Below, in pieces: positions 50,690 to 52,670 of a DNA stretch of 52,670 bases. Origin of the DNA: Myxococcota bacterium. GTDB taxonomy: Bacteria; Myxococcota_A; UBA796; SXON01. The stretch is taken from NCBI GenBank assembly GCA_040386535.1, contig JAZKFH010000036.1, positions 1-52,670 on the forward strand, written 5' to 3'. The position numbers were made by a program, and so were the translations under genes. The notes beneath the pieces are model-generated. The model had not been told where the DNA came from, did not search any database, and was given only the letters and a program-made list of their open reading frames with translations. Each line of letters opens with the position of its first letter. Positions within the stretch are counted from its first letter, which is position 1.

Positions 50690-52237
50690 ATGCGTACACT
50701 TCTGCGATCCCGACGCCTGGGGCGGCTCCTGCTCGCCGCCTCGGGCCTCCTGGCCCTCCCGCAGGGCGCCTACGCCATGCCGACGTTCCTCGCGGCAGAC
50801 CCCGAGGACGTCCGGCTGGCGCAGGAGGCCTGGACCGCCGGCCTCGCCTGCACCGGGCGCACGCCGGTCACGGCGCCGGTCGTGCGGATCGAGCGAAAGC
50901 TGCCCGAATGGGCGGTGTACCGGTTCGCGGGGCTCGCGAACTGGAGCGACAAGGTCGAGGCGAAGATCCGGCTCGCGGAGCGCACGCGGCCCGCGGTCAT
51001 CGCCCACGAGGTCGCCCACGCATGGGTGCACGTCGGGCCGTCGGGCCTGGTCGAGGGGCGCACGGCGCTGCTCACCGCGTGTATGCAGCAGCAGAACCCC
51101 GAGAGCTTCGCGGGCCTGCTGGAGGCGCGCTCGGAGCTCGAGATCATGCCCGACCTGCGGGTGTGGAGCGCCGTGGGTGACGACCCCACCGTGATCGGCC
51201 AGGCGTACCTCGGCGCGTTCCGGCTGTTCCGCGCGATGGGCCTCGTCGTGCCGCCCGAGCGCCTGTGGTCCGAAGAGGTGACCCGCTGGGACACGGTCGA
51301 GCGCTTGCTCGCGGAGGCGGGGCCGCCCGGGGAGCGGGTCCTGGCGGCGCTCGCGGGCGGGGCCGAGACCCAACGGGCCGCGCTGATCGACCCCGATCTC
51401 GACGGCCTCTCGATCCTGTACGAGCAGCTCTCGGGCACCGATCCGGTCACCTGGGACAGCGACGGTGACGGGTGGTGGGACGGCGCGCCCACCGTACATC
51501 CCGAGGGCTCGGTGCCGCTCCGACGCGGCCAGATCCCCGTCTGCCTGCCGATGGTGCCCGCGAGCGGCGGCCTGTTCGCGGTGGAGCTCGGCGGGCAGCT
51601 CGGCGGGCTCGACATCCCCGCCCAACTCGTCAGCAACGGGCCCGCGGGCATGCTCGTCACCTGGCTCACCGCCTGGACCGGCCACCCCGGCGGGGTCTAC
51701 GCGCGAGCGAAGGGCGACACCCTGGTCGCCAACGAACAATGCGCCATGCGCCGCCACCTCACGATGCGATCGACGCAGCGGCTCGCGGACGGCAGTGTGG
51801 GCGCGATCGCCGACGCCGTGGAGGCGAGCGTCGTCACGATCCTGGCGGCGACCAAGGTTGCCGACCCGTTCCTCGTCGTGGAGGTCGACGGGGAGGCCAC
51901 GTTCCTCACGTTGACCCGCAACGGCTCGCACGTGTTGGTGCCCGTGGCGGTGCCCGGCCGCGCGACCACCGACGAGGCGCGCGACTCCCTCGCCCGCGCC
52001 ATCGCGTCGCTGTCGATCGTGGGGACCCTCCTCCCGCACGAGCGCGCCCCCGCCGCCGCCGCCCTGGTCCGCACCGTCTGGCCCGGCGCCCCCATCGCGC
52101 CCGCCCTCGGCGCCCCCGCCTACGAGGTCGCCCCGTGGACACGCGCGGTCGGCAAGTGCGCGCGCGGCTGGAGCGGCCTGCTCGACGGCACGTGCGAGAC
52201 GCCGGACGCGACGGGACGTGGGACGACACCGCAGTGA
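50690..52237 (+). CDS. Secreted hypothetical protein with HExxH motif and thrombospondin-3-like Ca-binding repeat
   Basis: Signal peptide (..GAYA); VIAHEVAHAW..GLVEG; DPDLDGL..E..GTDP..DSDGDGWWDG. Confidence 0.7.
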   Translation: MRTLLRSRRLGRLLLAASGLLALPQGAYAMPTFLAADPEDVRLAQEAWTAGLACTGRTPVTAPVVRIERKLPEWAVYRFAGLANWSDKVEAKIRLAERTRPAVIAHEVAHAWVHVGPSGLVEGRTALLTACMQQQNPESFAGLLEARSELEIMPDLRVWSAVGDDPTVIGQAYLGAFRLFRAMGLVVPPERLWSEEVTRWDTVERLLAEAGPPGERVLAALAGGAETQRAALIDPDLDGLSILYEQLSGTDPVTWDSDGDGWWDGAPTVHPEGSVPLRRGQIPVCLPMVPASGGLFAVELGGQLGGLDIPAQLVSNGPAGMLVTWLTAWTGHPGGVYARAKGDTLVANEQCAMRRHLTMRSTQRLADGSVGAIADAVEASVVTILAATKVADPFLVVEVDGEATFLTLTRNGSHVLVPVAVPGRATTDEARDSLARAIASLSIVGTLLPHERAPAAAALVRTVWPGAPIAPALGAPAYEVAPWTRAVGKCARGWSGLLDGTCETPDATGRGTTPQ

Positions 52238-52593
52238 CGTGGTTCGACACGGCGCTCGGAATCGCGACGCCGGTGGTGGTGGATAACGCGGGCTGGTGAG
52301 GCGGGGCGGGGAGAAAGGCCAGGGCGGACGGACCGCGCCGGGCGCGGCCGCCGCGGAGCGGGGGCGGCGGCGCGAGCAGGGTTGTGCAGCACGGTGGCGT
52401 GTCGGGTGGGGCGCTCGGTGGGCTCCCCAATCCGTCCGCCGACGTGGCGGCGCCGAGGGGGGACCTGCTCGTCGGGGGGTGCTTCCGTGACCGCGTGGCG
52501 GCCAAGATCCGCGATCATCCTGGATGATCTGCGCTCCGGGTGTCCTCCACTTCAGTCGATTGCTGAACCGGGCCATGGAAGCCGAGAGTTCTT

Positions 52594-52670
52594 CTGCAGG
52601 TGACGAACGGCCGGCGTGAGGCGCCACCCCTCGCGTTTGGCACCCTGCGGGTGACGAACGGCCGGGGTGA
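52594..52670. repeat. Truncated 51-bp-period tandem repeat, inverted relative of the 81-280 array
   Basis: CTGCRGGTGACGAACGGCCGGSGTGA at 52594 and 52645 (period 51); TGAGGCGCCA is the reverse complement of TGGCGCCTCA. Confidence 0.75.

Overview
High-GC (roughly 70% or more, by eye) bacterial chromosomal segment. Asp-Thr-tract lipoproteins, a MopE-like repeat, a KGG stress protein and a hybrid kinase suggest a Myxococcota-like organism (inference). There are about 43 credible CDSs. In order: an OmpR/histidine kinase pair; a coupled HelD-like helicase-hypothetical-TPR-HupE/UreJ run; a CPA1 antiporter; a DUF4331 gene and a His-rich lipoprotein (putative metal-handling cluster); ychF; LysR/SDR; many secreted lipoproteins (phosphatase, arylsulfotransferase, vWA, DUF2807); a hybrid kinase; FMN glutamate-synthase-like gene plus rnk; a three-gene defence-like islet (nitrilase fragment, wHTH, KGGxGR ParA-like ATPase); and a TetR-RND-TolC efflux operon. 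No rRNA, tRNA, cas gene, integrase or transposase was seen. The most notable signals not explained by the genes are four. (1) A 9-bp motif, TGATACATC (consensus about YGAYACAYS), occurs about 20 times between 1.6 and 14.0 kb, mostly inside genes, in several frames and both orientations, forcing rare codons, and was not seen in the remaining 38 kb. (2) A 51-bp-period palindromic repeat family with compensatory changes sits at both window ends in inverted orientation, and the 31-mer at the window start recurs next to the defence-like islet. (3) Many secreted proteins have very short uncharged signal peptides. (4) Several genes look leaderless. All family assignments come from motifs recognised by eye, not from database searches, and all counts are manual.
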